Position numbers and translations under genes: made by a program
In this document: piece by piece, positions 1 through 12,797 of the stretch
Position numbering within the stretch: the stretch's first letter is position 1
Layout of the letters: each line of letters begins with the position of its first letter
The notes under the pieces: model-generated
Database searches by the model: none
The model's input: the letters and a program-made list of their open reading frames with translations, nothing else
Told to the model about the DNA's origin: nothing
Assembly (NCBI GenBank): GCA_041497115.1
Contig: JBGQFW010000006.1
Coordinates: 5,698 to 69,697 of the forward strand
Length of the DNA stretch: 64,000 bases
From: Candidatus Methylomirabilia bacterium
Lineage (GTDB): Bacteria > Methylomirabilota > Methylomirabilia > Rokubacteriales > CSP1-6
Direction of reading: 5' to 3'

Positions 1-225
1 CCGTCGGCGCCCGGCTACGTCGGCGTCTGGCACGCCGCCGCCGTGCTGGGGCTGGCGATCTTCGGCGTCGGCCAGGCCCAGGCACTCGGGTTCGCCGTCC
101 TCTATCACGTGAGCCAGTTCGTGCCGATCACGGCGATCGGCTGGCTCTTCCTCGTGCGCGAGCAGATGTCGCTCGGCGAGGTCGCGCGCGCGCCCGGCGC
201 CGGGACCGACGCCGGGGGGGCGTGA
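1..225 (+). CDS. UPF0104/flippase-like (MprF TM-region family) membrane protein, C-terminal fragment (5' end outside window)
   Basis: Frame 1 is open from the window edge to the stop at 223-225. The sequence AAVLGLAIFGVGQAQALGFAVLYHVSQFVPITAIGWLFL resembles the terminal TM helices of this family. Confidence 0.5.
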   Translation, partial: PSAPGYVGVWHAAAVLGLAIFGVGQAQALGFAVLYHVSQFVPITAIGWLFLVREQMSLGEVARAPGAGTDAGGA

Positions 226-240
226 TAGGATGCGTGGGCT

Positions 241-1466
<1,226 letters not shown>

Positions 1467-1470
<4 letters not shown>

Positions 1471-2579
1471 TCACCGGCAAGGCGGCCGTCTTCTTCGGCC
1501 CCGGCAAGCCGTTCGAGATCCGCGAGGTAACGCTGCCCGAGGTCGAGCCGGACGCGGTGGTGATCCGCGTGGCGCTGGCCAACGTGTGCGGCTCCGACCT
1601 GCACTTCTGGCGCGGCGACGCGCCGCTGCGCCTGCCCGCCGACGGCTGGATCTACGGTCACGAGATGACGGGCCGTGTCGCCCGCCTCGGCAGCCGCGTG
1701 AAGACGGACTCGCTGGGGCGTCCCCTCAAGGAGGGCGACCGCGTCGTCTACACGTACTTCTATCCGTGCGGCCGCTGCTACGCGTGCCTGAACAAGGAGC
1801 CCGCCAACTGCCCGGCCAAGATCGAGCGGCCGCGCGGCCCCTCGGAGTTCCCGCATTTCCACGGGGCCTTCGCCGAGTACTACTACCTGCGGCCGGGCGG
1901 CCACGTCTTCCTGGTCCCCGACGAGCTCTCCGACGAGCTGGTGGCCCCGGTGAACTGCGCGCTCGCGCAGGTGATCTACGGCCTGCACCAGGCCGGCCTG
2001 CGCTTCGGCGGCAGCGTGGTGATCCAGGGCGCCGGCGGGCTCGGCCTGCAGGCGGCGGCGGTCGCCAAGGACATGGGCGCGGCCACCGTGATCGTGGTGG
2101 ACCAGATCCCCGGGCGGCTCGCGCTCGCGCGGCAGTTCGGCGCCGACCACGTCATCGACATCAAGGAGGTCACGGAGCGCCGGGACCGGATCGCCCTGGT
2201 GCGCACGCACACCGGCGGCGCCGGGGCCGACGTGGCGTGCGATTTCGTCGGCTTCCCCCAGGTGATCCCCGAGGGCATCGAGATGCTGCGGACGGGCGGC
2301 ACCTACCTCGAGATCGGCACCATCAGCCGCGGGGCGAAGATCGAGCTGGAGCCGGCCCAGCTCGTGTGGGGGGCGAAGAGGATCGTGGGCGTCATCATGT
2401 ACGATGGCTGGGTGCTGCCGCGCGCCCTCGACTTCCTCGTGCGCAACCGGACGCGCTGGCCCTTCGACAAGCTGGTCTCCCACACCTACCCGCTCGAGGA
2501 GATCAACCGCGCGTTCGCCGACTCCGAGTGGCACGGCCGCGAGACGACCACCATCACGCGGGCGGCGCTGCGGCCGTGA
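1467..2579 (+). CDS. zinc-dependent alcohol dehydrogenase family (MDR) oxidoreductase
   Basis: ATG at 1467 overlaps the lysC stop (ATGA). Motifs present are CGSDLH, GHE, the structural-Zn cysteines [15 protein letters not shown], and IQGAGGLG. The upstream part of tracked ORF 741..2579 is out-of-frame read-through over lysC. Confidence 0.85.
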
Positions 2580-2926
2580 AGGAGCTGCGGCGGCGGCTGG
2601 AGCGCGAGCGGCTGGCGGCGGCGACGCGGCTGCGCCAGCTCGGCGGGCAGATCACGCTGGAGGAGTCGACCACGCCGGCCGACAGCGTGTGGGACGAGGC
2701 GGACCACATCCAGGCCAGCGAGCAGCGCGACATGGGGCTGCTGAGCCGCGAGCGGCTGATCGAGCGCATCGAGCGGCTCACCGCCGCCCTCAAGCGGTTC
2801 GACGACGGCACCTACGGCACCTGCACGGAGTGCGAAAAGCCGATCGGTCAGGCCCGGCTGAAGGCGATCCCCGAGGTCGCGACCTGCGTCACCTGCCAGG
2901 CCAAGCTCGAGCGCGGCGAAGCCTGA
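2576..2926 (+). CDS. DksA/TraR-family C4 zinc-finger protein
   Basis: GTG at 2576 overlaps the ADH stop (GTGA). 116 aa, with a coiled-coil-like N-terminus and the C-terminal finger CTECEKPIGQARLKAIPEVATCVTC. Confidence 0.8.
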   Translation: MKELRRRLERERLAAATRLRQLGGQITLEESTTPADSVWDEADHIQASEQRDMGLLSRERLIERIERLTAALKRFDDGTYGTCTECEKPIGQARLKAIPEVATCVTCQAKLERGEA

Positions 2927-3001
2927 GCGGCGCCCGCGTCCCCTGACCGTCTCCGTTCGTCCACTCTAGCCGCCGCCGCGCGCGCGTGCGATCGTGCGCG
3001 C

Positions 3002-3388
3002 ATGACGCTCTACTCGCGCCACCAGCTCCTGCTCCTCCTGCTCCTCGTCGTCGCGGCCGGCGCCGGGCTGGCGATCGATCACTGGCGCCGCGCGCGGCCC
3101 GAGGCCGTCGAGCGGCTCGAGGAGATGGATCGACGGTCGCCGGCGGCCCCGGCGGCTCCCGCCGACGCCGCGCCCCGTCATCCCGCGCGGCGGACTCTCG
3201 CGACGCCGCCGCTCGATCTCAACCGCGCGAGCGCGCCCGAGCTGGCGCGGCTGCCGGGCGTCGGCCCGGCGCTGGCCCGCCGCATCGTCGAGGCGCGCCC
3301 GTTCGCCGCGCTCGACGACCTCGCCCGGGTGCGCGGCCTGCGACCGGCCACGCGCGAGCGGGTGCGTCCGCTGCTCACGCTGCCGTAG
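3002..3388 (+). CDS. comEA: ComEA-type helix-hairpin-helix DNA-binding competence protein
   Basis: 128 aa. It has an N-terminal TM helix (LLLLLLLVVAAGAGLAI) and a C-terminal HhH region LDLNRASAPELARLPGVGPALARRIVEARPF. Confidence 0.8.
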   Translation: MTLYSRHQLLLLLLLVVAAGAGLAIDHWRRARPEAVERLEEMDRRSPAAPAAPADAAPRHPARRTLATPPLDLNRASAPELARLPGVGPALARRIVEARPFAALDDLARVRGLRPATRERVRPLLTLP

Positions 3389-3390
3389 CG

Positions 3391-5652
3391 ATGGGCTGGC
3401 GGCGCGGCCCGCTGGTCCCGCTCGCCGCCGCGTTCGGCGCCGGCCTCGCCGCGGCGCCCTCGCTGACGCTGGCGGCGGCGTGCGCCGCGTGGGCGCTGGC
3501 GGCAGCCGCCGGCCTCGGGCTGGTGGCCCTCGCCCGCCCGCGGGCCGCGAGCGGCGGGCTGCTCGTCGCCGTCGCCGCGCTCGGCGCCCTCCGCGGGCTG
3601 GCGGCGCCACCGCCGGTGGACGACGTCGCGCGGCTGGCGCTACCGCGGACCGCGCGCGTCGAGGGACGGCTGGCAGACGAGCCGCTCGGCTGGACCGCCG
3701 AGCGCACACGGCTCGTGGTCGCCGTCGAGCGGGTGGACGGGCAGCCGCGCTCGGGCACGATCCAGCTCACGGCCTACGGAGCGGCGCCGCCGCTGGCCGA
3801 GGGGCAGCGCGTCACCGCCGAGGCCCGGCTCGATCGTCCGGTCGGCTTCCGCAACCCCGGGACGTACGACTACGCCGAGCGCCTCGCCCGCCTCGGCATC
3901 GCCGTCGTCGGCACCGCACGGGCCGATCGGCTCGTGGCCCCCGAGGCCGAGCCGCCGTGGCACGCGCGCGTCAAGCGCGCCGCCGTCGCGGCGATGCGCG
4001 AGGCGCTGCCGCCGGTGTCGGCCGCGCTGCTCGCCGGGCTCCTGCTGGGCGAGCGGACCGACCTGCCGCCTGATGTTGACGCGGCGTTCCGGCGGGCGGG
4101 CGTCTACCACGTGCTCGCGGTGTCCGGGTTCAACGTGGCGCTGGTGGCCTCCAGCGCCTGGACGCTGCTGGCCCTCGCGCGGCTCCCGCGCCGGGCGGCC
4201 TCGCTCGGCGCGCTCGCGGTCGTGCTCGGCTTCGCGGTGGTCGTGGGCCCCCAGCCCTCCGTGCTGCGCGCCACGATCATGGCCACGATCGTCCTGGGCG
4301 CCCTCGTGCTCGAGCGCGAGGCCGCGGTGCTCAACAGCCTGGCGCTCGCGGCGCTGGTGATCCTGGCCCTGCGGCCGGGCGATCTCTACGATCCCGGCTT
4401 CCAGCTCTCGTTCGCGGCGACGGCCGGCATCGTGCTGGCGCCGATGCCGCGCAGCACGCTGGCGGCGGCGGTGGCGGTCAGCCTCGCCGCCCAGCTCGCC
4501 GTCCTGCCCATCGCGCTCGCCCACTTCAATCAGGTCTCCACGATCGGCGTCGTCGCCAACCTGGCCGTCGTGCCGCTCGCCGGCGTCGCCACCGTGCTGG
4601 GATTGGTCGGCGTGGCGGCCGGCGCCGCCAGCGCGCTCCTCGCCGGCTGGCTGTTCGCGGCGGCGTGGCCGGTGCTGCTCCTGCTGCGCTGGGCGGTGGC
4701 GCTGGCGGCGGCCGTGCCCGGCGCGGTCCTGCACCTGCCCGCGCCGGGGCCCGCCGCGATCGCCGGCTACGCCGTCGCGCTCGCGCTCGGCCTGGCGGCG
4801 TGGCACGCGCGCCAGACGCGGCGGACGCTCGCCGGGCGCCTGGCGGTGGCCGCCGCCGCGCTCGCGCTGGGGAGCGTGCTGCTGGCCCTCTGGCCGATGC
4901 TGCGGCCCGCCGACGGCCGGCTGCGCGTGAGCGTCCTCGACGTCGGCCAGGGCGACGCGATCGTGATCGAGGGGCCCGACGGCCGCGCGGTGGTGGTGGA
5001 CGCCGGCGCCGGGGGCGCCTGGCGGCTGGACGCGGGCGAGCGCGTGGTCGCGCCGTTCCTCTGGAACCGGGGCATCCGGCGGCTCGCCGCCGCCGTCGTC
5101 ACCCACGCCGATCTCGACCACGCCGGCGGCATGGCGGCGATCCGCGCGCTCTTCACGGTGGACGACGCGTGGGACGCGGCGCCGGGTCGCAGCCCGCTCG
5201 CTCTCGGCGGCGCCGTCCTCACGCCGCTGGCGACCGCCGCCACCGGCCGCAACGACGCCGCCCGCGTGGTCCGCCTCGACTTCGGCGTCGTCTCGGTGCT
5301 CCTCGCCTCGGACATCGAGGGGCCGGGCGAGCAGGCGCTGCTCGCCTCCGGCGCGCCGCTGGGCGCGACGGTGCTGAAGGTGGCGCACCACGGCTCGCGC
5401 ACCTCCAGCGGGGCCCCGTTCCTCGCCGCGGTGCGACCCGCCGTCGCCGTCATCTCGGTGGGCGCGCGCAACACCTACGGCCATCCCGACGCCGGCGTCG
5501 TCGGCCGCCTCGCCGACGGCGGCGCCGTCCTCTACCGCACCGACCGCGACGGCGCGGTGCTGCTGGAGAGCGATGGCCGCGCGCTCGACGTCACGCGCTG
5601 GGCCGCCCGCGCGACCGCACGCTATTGCCTCGACCCGGAAACGACCTGTTAG
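3391..5652 (+). CDS. comEC: ComEC/Rec2 DNA internalisation channel with metallo-beta-lactamase domain
   Basis: ATG at 3391 lies 3 nt after the comEA stop. 753 aa, polytopic. The C-terminal MBL motifs are [21 protein letters not shown] and KVAHHGS. The N-terminus of tracked ORF 2986..5652 overlaps comEA and is rejected. Confidence 0.85.
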   Translation: MGWRRGPLVPLAAAFGAGLAAAPSLTLAAACAAWALAAAAGLGLVALARPRAASGGLLVAVAALGALRGLAAPPPVDDVARLALPRTARVEGRLADEPLGWTAERTRLVVAVERVDGQPRSGTIQLTAYGAAPPLAEGQRVTAEARLDRPVGFRNPGTYDYAERLARLGIAVVGTARADRLVAPEAEPPWHARVKRAAVAAMREALPPVSAALLAGLLLGERTDLPPDVDAAFRRAGVYHVLAVSGFNVALVASSAWTLLALARLPRRAASLGALAVVLGFAVVVGPQPSVLRATIMATIVLGALVLEREAAVLNSLALAALVILALRPGDLYDPGFQLSFAATAGIVLAPMPRSTLAAAVAVSLAAQLAVLPIALAHFNQVSTIGVVANLAVVPLAGVATVLGLVGVAAGAASALLAGWLFAAAWPVLLLLRWAVALAAAVPGAVLHLPAPGPAAIAGYAVALALGLAAWHARQTRRTLAGRLAVAAAALALGSVLLALWPMLRPADGRLRVSVLDVGQGDAIVIEGPDGRAVVVDAGAGGAWRLDAGERVVAPFLWNRGIRRLAAAVVTHADLDHAGGMAAIRALFTVDDAWDAAPGRSPLALGGAVLTPLATAATGRNDAARVVRLDFGVVSVLLASDIEGPGEQALLASGAPLGATVLKVAHHGSRTSSGAPFLAAVRPAVAVISVGARNTYGHPDAGVVGRLADGGAVLYRTDRDGAVLLESDGRALDVTRWAARATARYCLDPETTC

Positions 5653-5663
5653 AATTGGCGACC

Positions 5664-6899
5664 ATGGCGAAGGTCAACGAGCACTACCTCAAGCTCAAGT
5701 CGAGCTACCTGTTCAGCGAGATCGCGCGCCGCCTCCGGGAGTTCCAGGCCGCGCACCCGGACGCGCGCATCATCCGGCTCGGCATCGGCGACGTCACCCA
5801 GCCGCTGCCGCCGGCCGTCATCCGGGCCCTGCACGAGGCGGTGGACGAGATGGCGCGGGCCGAGACGTTCCGCGGCTACGGCCCCGACGCCGGCTACGAG
5901 TTCCTCATCGCGCTCATCGCCAAGCACGACTACGGCGCCCGCGGTGTCAACATCGCGCCGGACGAGATCTTCGTCAGCGACGGCAGCAAGAGCGACAGCG
6001 GCAACATCCAGGAGATCTTCGCCGCCGACGCCACCGTGGCCCTGACCGATCCGGTCTACCCCGTGTACATGGACAGCAACGTGATGGCCGGCCGCACCGG
6101 CCCGGCCGACGAGCGCGGCCGCTACGCCGGGGTCGTCTACCTGCCGTGCACGGCCGAGAACCACTTCGAGCCGCCGCTGCCCGACCGCCCGGTGGACATG
6201 GTCTACCTGTGCTTTCCGAACAATCCGACCGGCGCCGTCCTGACGAAGCCGGCGCTCGAGAAGTGGGTGGATTGGGCGCGGCAGACGGGCGCGGTGATCC
6301 TCTACGACGCCGCCTACGAGGCGTACATCCGCGACCCCGCCGTCCCCCACTCGATCTACGAGGTCGAGGGCGCGCGCGAGGTGGCGATCGAGTTCCGCTC
6401 GTTCTCCAAGAGCGCGGGGTTCACCGGCACGCGCTGCGCGTTCACCGTCGTGCCCAAGGACGTCACCGGCCGCACCGCCGGCGGCGAGCGCGTGGCGCTC
6501 AACGGGCTCTGGCTGCGGCGGCAGTCGACGAAGTTCAACAGCGTGCCCTACATCATCCAGAAGGGCGCCGCCGCCGTGTACACCGAGGAGGGGCAGACGC
6601 AGGTCCGCGCGCTCGTCGATCACTACATGGAGAACGCGCGGATCATCCGCAGCGGCCTCGCCGCGACCGGCCTCACCGTCTACGGTGGCGAGAACGCGCC
6701 GTACATCTGGCTCCGGACGCCGCCCGGCCTGTCCTCGTGGGACTTCTTCGACAAGCTCCTGAACGAGGCCCACGTCGTCGGCACGCCGGGCGCCGGGTTC
6801 GGCCCCGCCGGCGAAGGCTACTTCCGCCTCACCGCCTTCGGCTCGCGCGCCCAGACCGAGGAAGCCATCGCCCGCATCAAGACCCGCCTCTCCCGCTAG
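5664..6899 (+). CDS. dapL: LL-diaminopimelate aminotransferase
   Basis: 411 aa. It carries [23 protein letters not shown]...[13 protein letters not shown] and the PLP-lysine motif [10 protein letters not shown], both typical of DapL. Confidence 0.85.
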   Translation: MAKVNEHYLKLKSSYLFSEIARRLREFQAAHPDARIIRLGIGDVTQPLPPAVIRALHEAVDEMARAETFRGYGPDAGYEFLIALIAKHDYGARGVNIAPDEIFVSDGSKSDSGNIQEIFAADATVALTDPVYPVYMDSNVMAGRTGPADERGRYAGVVYLPCTAENHFEPPLPDRPVDMVYLCFPNNPTGAVLTKPALEKWVDWARQTGAVILYDAAYEAYIRDPAVPHSIYEVEGAREVAIEFRSFSKSAGFTGTRCAFTVVPKDVTGRTAGGERVALNGLWLRRQSTKFNSVPYIIQKGAAAVYTEEGQTQVRALVDHYMENARIIRSGLAATGLTVYGGENAPYIWLRTPPGLSSWDFFDKLLNEAHVVGTPGAGFGPAGEGYFRLTAFGSRAQTEEAIARIKTRLSR

Positions 6900-6908
6900 C
6901 TGTTCACG

Positions 6909-7058
6909 GCGGAGCGGGCGGGCGGGGCCCCGGGGGTCCGGCGACCACGAGCGGCGCGGCGTAGGTCCCGTCGACGCCTCCATACTCCGGACGCCGCCTG
7001 TAATCGTTGGGAGTGAAACGGGTCGGCGGACCCCCGGGGCCCCGCCCGCCCGCTCCGC
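6909..7058. repeat. Palindrome-embedded repeat element E1 (104-nt core 6932-7035 inside perfect 23-nt inverted arms)
   Basis: 6909-6940 is the exact reverse complement of 7027-7058. The core is bounded by GGGGGTCCG...CGGACCCCC. The element starts 10 nt after the dapL stop. Confidence 0.8.
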
Positions 7059-7223
7059 CTGACCGCCAGCAGACGGGACGATTGCTGCGGCGTCTGGCGT
7101 CGCAGATCCGGTGGGACGCCGAAAGCGGCGATGCTCAGGGAGCAGCGGAAAAGCTCGTCGGTAGAAACCGAACCGGTCGGATCGAACGGCGAGCGAAGTT
7201 CGAGATCAGTTCCGAGCGGGGAG

Positions 7224-7365
7224 GTCGGCGGTGGGTGGGGCTGGGGGTCCGCCGACCCGTTTCACTCCCAACCTAGGCAGGCGCGCCGTGGTGTGTGGTG
7301 GCGTCGAACGGACCTACGCCGCGCCGCTCGTGGTCGCCGGACCCCCAGCCCCACCTGCCGCCGAC
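7224..7365. repeat. Repeat element E2: inverted copy of the E1 core (7243-7346) inside 19-nt imperfect inverted arms
   Basis: 7310-7346 is the reverse complement of 6932-6968 (37/37). 7243-7272 is the reverse complement of 7006-7035 (30/30). The central ~37 nt differ. The arms 7224-7242 and 7347-7365 are inverted with 2 mismatches. Confidence 0.8.
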
Positions 7366-7380
7366 CGGGTCGCGCGCGGG

Positions 7381-8391
7381 CTACGTCTCGTAGGCGCGCT
7401 CGTATTGCGAGCGCAGGCGCTCCAGCTCTTCGGGGTCGAGCTTCATGCCGAGCGACAGTCCCATCTCGCCGAGGATCGTCTTGATCTCGTTGAGCGACTT
7501 CTTGCCGAAGTTCTTGGTCTTGAGCAGCTCGGCCTCGGTCTTCTGCACGAGGTCGGCGATGGTGCGGATGTTCGCGGTCTTCAGGCAGTTGGAGGCCCGC
7601 ACCGAGAGCTCCAGCTCGTCCACGTTGCGGAAGAGGTTGTCGTTCAGCTCGGTGCGCGGATGCGTCTCGTCACGGCCCGTCTCCTCCTCCGCCGGCGCCG
7701 CCTCGGGGAAGTCCATCAGGAGATTGAAATGGTCCTGCAGGATGCGCGCGGCCTCGCCCACCGCGATGGCGGGCGTCACGCTGCCGTCCGTCCACACCTC
7801 GACGACGAGGCGCTCGGGCGGCTCGTCGCCGGCGGGCGCGGTGCCGATCGGCTCCACCTTGAAGCTCACGCGCTTGACCGGCGAGAAATTGGCGTCGAGC
7901 AGGATCGCGTTGATCGGCAGCGCCTCCGGCTCGCGCTTCTCGGCCGAGACGTAGCCGCGTCCGCGCTCGACACAGACCTCCATCTCCAGCACGCCGTCCT
8001 TGTCCAGCGTGGACAGCGGCACGTCGGGTGTGAGGATCTCGACGTCGGCGTCGGGCTCGAAGTCGCCCGCCTTCACCTGCCCGGCGCCGTGGGCCTTGAG
8101 GCGCAGGATCTTGGGCCGGTTCACGTGCAGCGCGAACACGACTTTGCGCAGGTTCAGGATGATGTCGAGCGTGTCCTCGGTCACTCCCGGCATGTGGGAG
8201 AACTCGTGCAGGACGTTCTCGATCTTCACCCAGGTGGGCGCGGCGCCGTGGATGGCCGACAGCAGCACGCGACGATAGGCGATGCCGACCGTCAGCGCGA
8301 ACCCCGGCTCGAACGCCTCGATGGCGAGCTTGCCGTAGGTGCGGTCGGAGGTGATCCACTCGTGGCGTGCAGGGAGCTGAAGCTCCAGCAT
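7381..8391 (-). CDS. rpoA: DNA-directed RNA polymerase alpha subunit (divergent, outside any ribosomal-protein operon)
   Basis: 336 aa. The NTD has [25 protein letters not shown] and ERGRGYV. The CTD has [13 protein letters not shown]...[16 protein letters not shown]. Confidence 0.9.
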   Translation of the reverse strand: MLELQLPARHEWITSDRTYGKLAIEAFEPGFALTVGIAYRRVLLSAIHGAAPTWVKIENVLHEFSHMPGVTEDTLDIILNLRKVVFALHVNRPKILRLKAHGAGQVKAGDFEPDADVEILTPDVPLSTLDKDGVLEMEVCVERGRGYVSAEKREPEALPINAILLDANFSPVKRVSFKVEPIGTAPAGDEPPERLVVEVWTDGSVTPAIAVGEAARILQDHFNLLMDFPEAAPAEEETGRDETHPRTELNDNLFRNVDELELSVRASNCLKTANIRTIADLVQKTEAELLKTKNFGKKSLNEIKTILGEMGLSLGMKLDPEELERLRSQYERAYET

Positions 8392-8459
8392 GAGACCCCC
8401 TTCAAGTTCCTGGATCGAGGAAGTAAGCGGATTCGCGGACCGGTGACCCCAGGTCCGAG

Positions 8460-8489
8460 AGTATACCAGACGTTCACGCCGCGCGTCAC
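8460..8489 (-). promoter_or_regulatory. Putative sigma70-type promoter for rpoA
   Basis: On the minus strand: GTGACG (8489-8484), an 18-nt spacer, then an extended -10 TGgTATACT (-10 at 8465-8460). A GAAGGGGG Shine-Dalgarno-like motif precedes the ATG at 8391. Confidence 0.35.
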
Positions 8490-8529
8490 CGCGGGCCCGG
8501 GGTGCCGGTCGGGGTAGACTCGAAATATC

Positions 8530-9528
8530 ATGCGGTTACGGCGCCTCCTCCCGGCCCTCGCAATCGTAATGACCGCCCTGACGGGCGGGACGCTGGCCTG
8601 GCTGGCGCTCACCCCGGCGCCGGCCGTGCAGGCCGGCCCCCTGATCGTGGACATCCCCGCCCACGAGGGGCTGCTGGCCATCGCCGATCGGCTGAGCCGG
8701 GCCGGCGTGGTGCGCAGCCGCGCGGCCTTCCTCGCGCTCGCCGTCCTGCGCGGCAGCGTGCGCCGGCTCAAGGCCGGCGAGTACGAGGTGCCGCGCGACG
8801 CCTCGACGCCCGACGTGCTGGAGCTGCTCGAGGCCGGGCGCGTGCGGCAGCACGTGATCCTCCACCCCGAGGGGGCGACCGTCGGCGAGCTGGCGCGGCT
8901 GCTCCAGGACGAGCGGCTGGCCGCCACCGACGACGTGCTGCGCGCGGCGGGCGACGCACGGCTGCTCCAGGGGCTGGGAATCCCCGGACCGAGCGTCGAG
9001 GGCTACCTCTTCCCCGACACCTACCGGTTCGTGCGCGGCATGTCGGCCGAGGAGATGCTGACGCGGATGGTGCAGCGCACGCGCGCGAAGCTCACGCCCG
9101 AGATGGTGGCGCAGGCGCAGGCGCGCGGGCTCACCGTCCACCAGCTCCTCACGCTGGCCTCGATCGTCGAGCGCGAGGCGGTCGACGCCGGCGAGCGGCG
9201 GCTGATCGCCGCGGTGTTCTGGAACCGGCTGCGGCGGGACATGCCGTTGCAGTCCGATCCGACCGTGCAGTATGCGGTGTCCAAGGAGCGCCGCGCGCTC
9301 ACGCGCGGGGACCTGGCCACCGAGGACCCCTACAACACGTACGTGCACCGCGGGCTGCCGCCGGGACCGATCGCCAGCCCGGGGCTGGCGGCCATCGAGG
9401 CCACGCTGGACCCGGCCCCGGTCAACTACCTGTACTTCGTCGCCCGCGACGACCGCCGTCACTACTTCTCGACGAGCGTCGCCGAGCACAACGCGGCGGT
9501 GGCGCGCTACCGCCACCGGCCGCGCTAG
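8530..9528 (+). CDS. mltG: endolytic murein transglycosylase MltG (YceG family)
   Basis: 332 aa. It has an N-terminal TM anchor plus the motifs [20 protein letters not shown] and [17 protein letters not shown]. Confidence 0.9.
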   Translation: MRLRRLLPALAIVMTALTGGTLAWLALTPAPAVQAGPLIVDIPAHEGLLAIADRLSRAGVVRSRAAFLALAVLRGSVRRLKAGEYEVPRDASTPDVLELLEAGRVRQHVILHPEGATVGELARLLQDERLAATDDVLRAAGDARLLQGLGIPGPSVEGYLFPDTYRFVRGMSAEEMLTRMVQRTRAKLTPEMVAQAQARGLTVHQLLTLASIVEREAVDAGERRLIAAVFWNRLRRDMPLQSDPTVQYAVSKERRALTRGDLATEDPYNTYVHRGLPPGPIASPGLAAIEATLDPAPVNYLYFVARDDRRHYFSTSVAEHNAAVARYRHRPR

Positions 9529-9563
9529 CCGCCGTGCAACCCGCGTGCTATAAAACCCGCGAG

Positions 9564-10219
9564 ATGTCGACCGCCCTGTCGCCGACGCCCCGCGCGGCCG
9601 CCGCGCCGGGGCCGTTCCCGCTCCTCTACCAGGCGCTGCGCGCCCCGGTGGGCGCCGCGCTCGCGCGGTGGTTCGACTTGCGCGTCGAAGGACTCGAGCA
9701 CCTGCCCGCGGCCGGCCCGTACCTCATCGCCGCCAACCATCACAACTACCTCGACGGCGTGGTGCTGGCGGTGGCGGTGCCGGCGCCGATCGGCTTCCTC
9801 GTGATGCCGCGCGTGTGGCGGGCGACGCCGCTCCACCCGTGGCTGCATCGCCGCCTCGGCTCGATCCCGCTCAGCCTCGAGCGTCCCGACGTCGGCGCGC
9901 TCCGCGCCGCGCTGCGCGCGCTGGAGGCGGGACGCGTCGTCGGCATCTTCCCGGAGGGCCCGTTCAGCGTGCGCGGGCGGCTCGAGCACGGCCGGCCCGG
10001 CGTCGGGCTGCTGGCGCTGCGCGCCGACGTGCCGGTGGTGCCGGCCGGCATCCACGGCACCTACCAGGCGCTCCTGCACCGGCGCGGCTACATTCCGCGC
10101 CGCGTGCCGCTGGCCGTGCGCTTCGGGCCGGCGCGGCGGTTCGCCGGCGAGGGACGGGGCCGCGCGACGCGCTCGCGCATCACGCAGCGGATCATGGACG
10201 ACATCGCCGCCCTGCTCCC

Positions 10220-10223
<4 letters not shown>
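9564..10223 (+). CDS. 1-acyl-sn-glycerol-3-phosphate acyltransferase family protein
   Basis: 219 aa from the in-frame ATG at 9564. Acyltransferase motifs are present: NHHNYLDG (HX4D) and GIFPEG. Confidence 0.8.
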
Positions 10224-11610
<1,387 letters not shown>

Positions 11611-11614
<4 letters not shown>

Positions 11615-12699
11615 CCGCCCGCCGCCGGCGGGCGCTGGCGCCGTGGCTGGTCGCGGCGCTGGTCGTGCTCGCCCTGCCGGCCTGCGGCCGCAAGGGGCTC
11701 CCGGTGGCGCCGGAGCGGCGGCTGCCCATGCCCGTCAGCGACCTGCGCGGCGTCGTGCGCGAGGGCGCGGTGGAGCTCGCCTGGACCGTGCCGCAGCGCC
11801 GGGTGGACAACAGCCGGCTGATCGATCCCGGTCTGGCGCGCGTCTTCCGCGTGGAGGACGGAGGCCAGGGCGACCCGCGCGCCGCGCTGCTCGTGGACGA
11901 CCGGATCGCCGGCTACACCGAGATCGGCACGATCCGGCTCGCCGATCCGCCCTCCCCGCTCGTGCAGGGCAGCCGCGTGACCTTCGCCGACCAGCGCGCG
12001 CTCACCCTCGGCCGGCGCTACACCTACGTGGTCGTCGTCGCCGACTCCCAGGGGCGGACGAGCGCGCCCTCGCCGCGCCTGTCGCTGGCCTTCGCGGCGG
12101 CGCCGGCGCCGCCCGGCGAGCTGGGCGCCCGGCCCGGCGACCGCGAGGTGCGCCTGACCTGGCAGCCGCCCGCGCGGCTGACCGACGGCGGCGCGATCGT
12201 CGGCCCCCTCGTCTACGAGATCCTGCGCGCGCCCGCCCCCGGCGTGCCGCTGGCGCCGCTGGCCCGCACCGAGCCCGGCGCCACGTCGGCGGTGGACCGC
12301 GCGGTGGACAACGACCACACCTATCACTACGCGGTCCGGGCGATCCGCCGCGCGGGCAACACCTCCGTCGAGGGCGAGCCGACCGTGGCGGTGGCGGTGA
12401 CGCCGGTGCACACGACGCCGCCGGCGCCGCCCGCCGACCTCGTCGCGATCCCCTCCGAGGGCGTCGTGCGGCTGTCGTGGACGCCGAGTCCCGACCTCGA
12501 CGTGGCCACCTACGTCGTCTACCGCGCCGCGGGGGCCGGGCCGCTCACCCGGGTGGGCGCCGTGCGCGTGCCCGCCGCCACCTTCACCGACCGCGACGTG
12601 TCGGCCGGCGCCTGGCGCTACGCCGTCACCGCCCAGGACTCCAGCGCGCGCGTCAACGAGAGCCCGCCGTCGAACGAGGTGACCGTCACCGTCCCCTGA
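11611..12699 (+). CDS. lipoprotein with three fibronectin-III-like repeats
   Basis: ATG at 11611 overlaps the argH stop (ATGA). The lipobox is LALPACG, followed by an RKGLPV motif like that of LptM-type lipoproteins. Three repeated motifs are present: VELAWTVP, VRLTWQPP and VRLSWTPSP. Confidence 0.7.
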
Positions 12700-12797
12700 G
12701 CGCCCTCCGCGCCTTGACTTCGCCGGGAAAAAAGGCAACGATCACCGTCACACGCGCTCGGGAGAGGCGACACGGGCCTGGTGGCCGGGAGACAGTC

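Noticed and set aside
226-240. Lysine (L-box) riboswitch upstream of lysC or dapA (12700-12797).
   Set aside because: The lysC leader is only 15 nt, and the 98-nt dapA leader is too short. Neither shows the conserved L-box helices that I could recognise.
2986-5652. An extended 888-aa N-terminus for comEC, and similar over-long tracked ORFs (741..2579, 4665..6899, 8502..10223, 9668..11614, 10357..12699, 11643..13688).
   Set aside because: In each case the recognisable protein begins at an internal ATG or GTG that abuts or overlaps the preceding gene's stop. The upstream portions overlap well-supported genes out of frame.
7243-7272. The string GTTTCACTCCCAAC in the repeat looked CRISPR-repeat-like.
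   Set aside because: Only two copies exist, and they are in inverted orientation within larger palindromic elements. There is no regular repeat-spacer array and no cas genes in the window.
6900-7380. Possible rplQ remnant, retron msr/msd, or group II intron fragment downstream of rpoA.
   Set aside because: No frame gives L17-like sequence. No reverse transcriptase or intron-encoded ORF is nearby. The terminal motifs do not match group II boundaries. Inverted repeats alone are not enough evidence.
7007-8517. ORFs 7007..7276, 7131..7484 and 7231..8517 across the repeat region and antisense to rpoA.
   Set aside because: They run through perfect inverted repeats or antisense to rpoA, have no motifs, and have low-complexity composition.
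8515-8529. A TAGACT -10-like hexamer 9 nt before the mltG ATG, suggesting a leaderless transcript.
   Set aside because: No acceptable -35 element lies at the right spacing. A single hexamer match is too weak to report as a feature.
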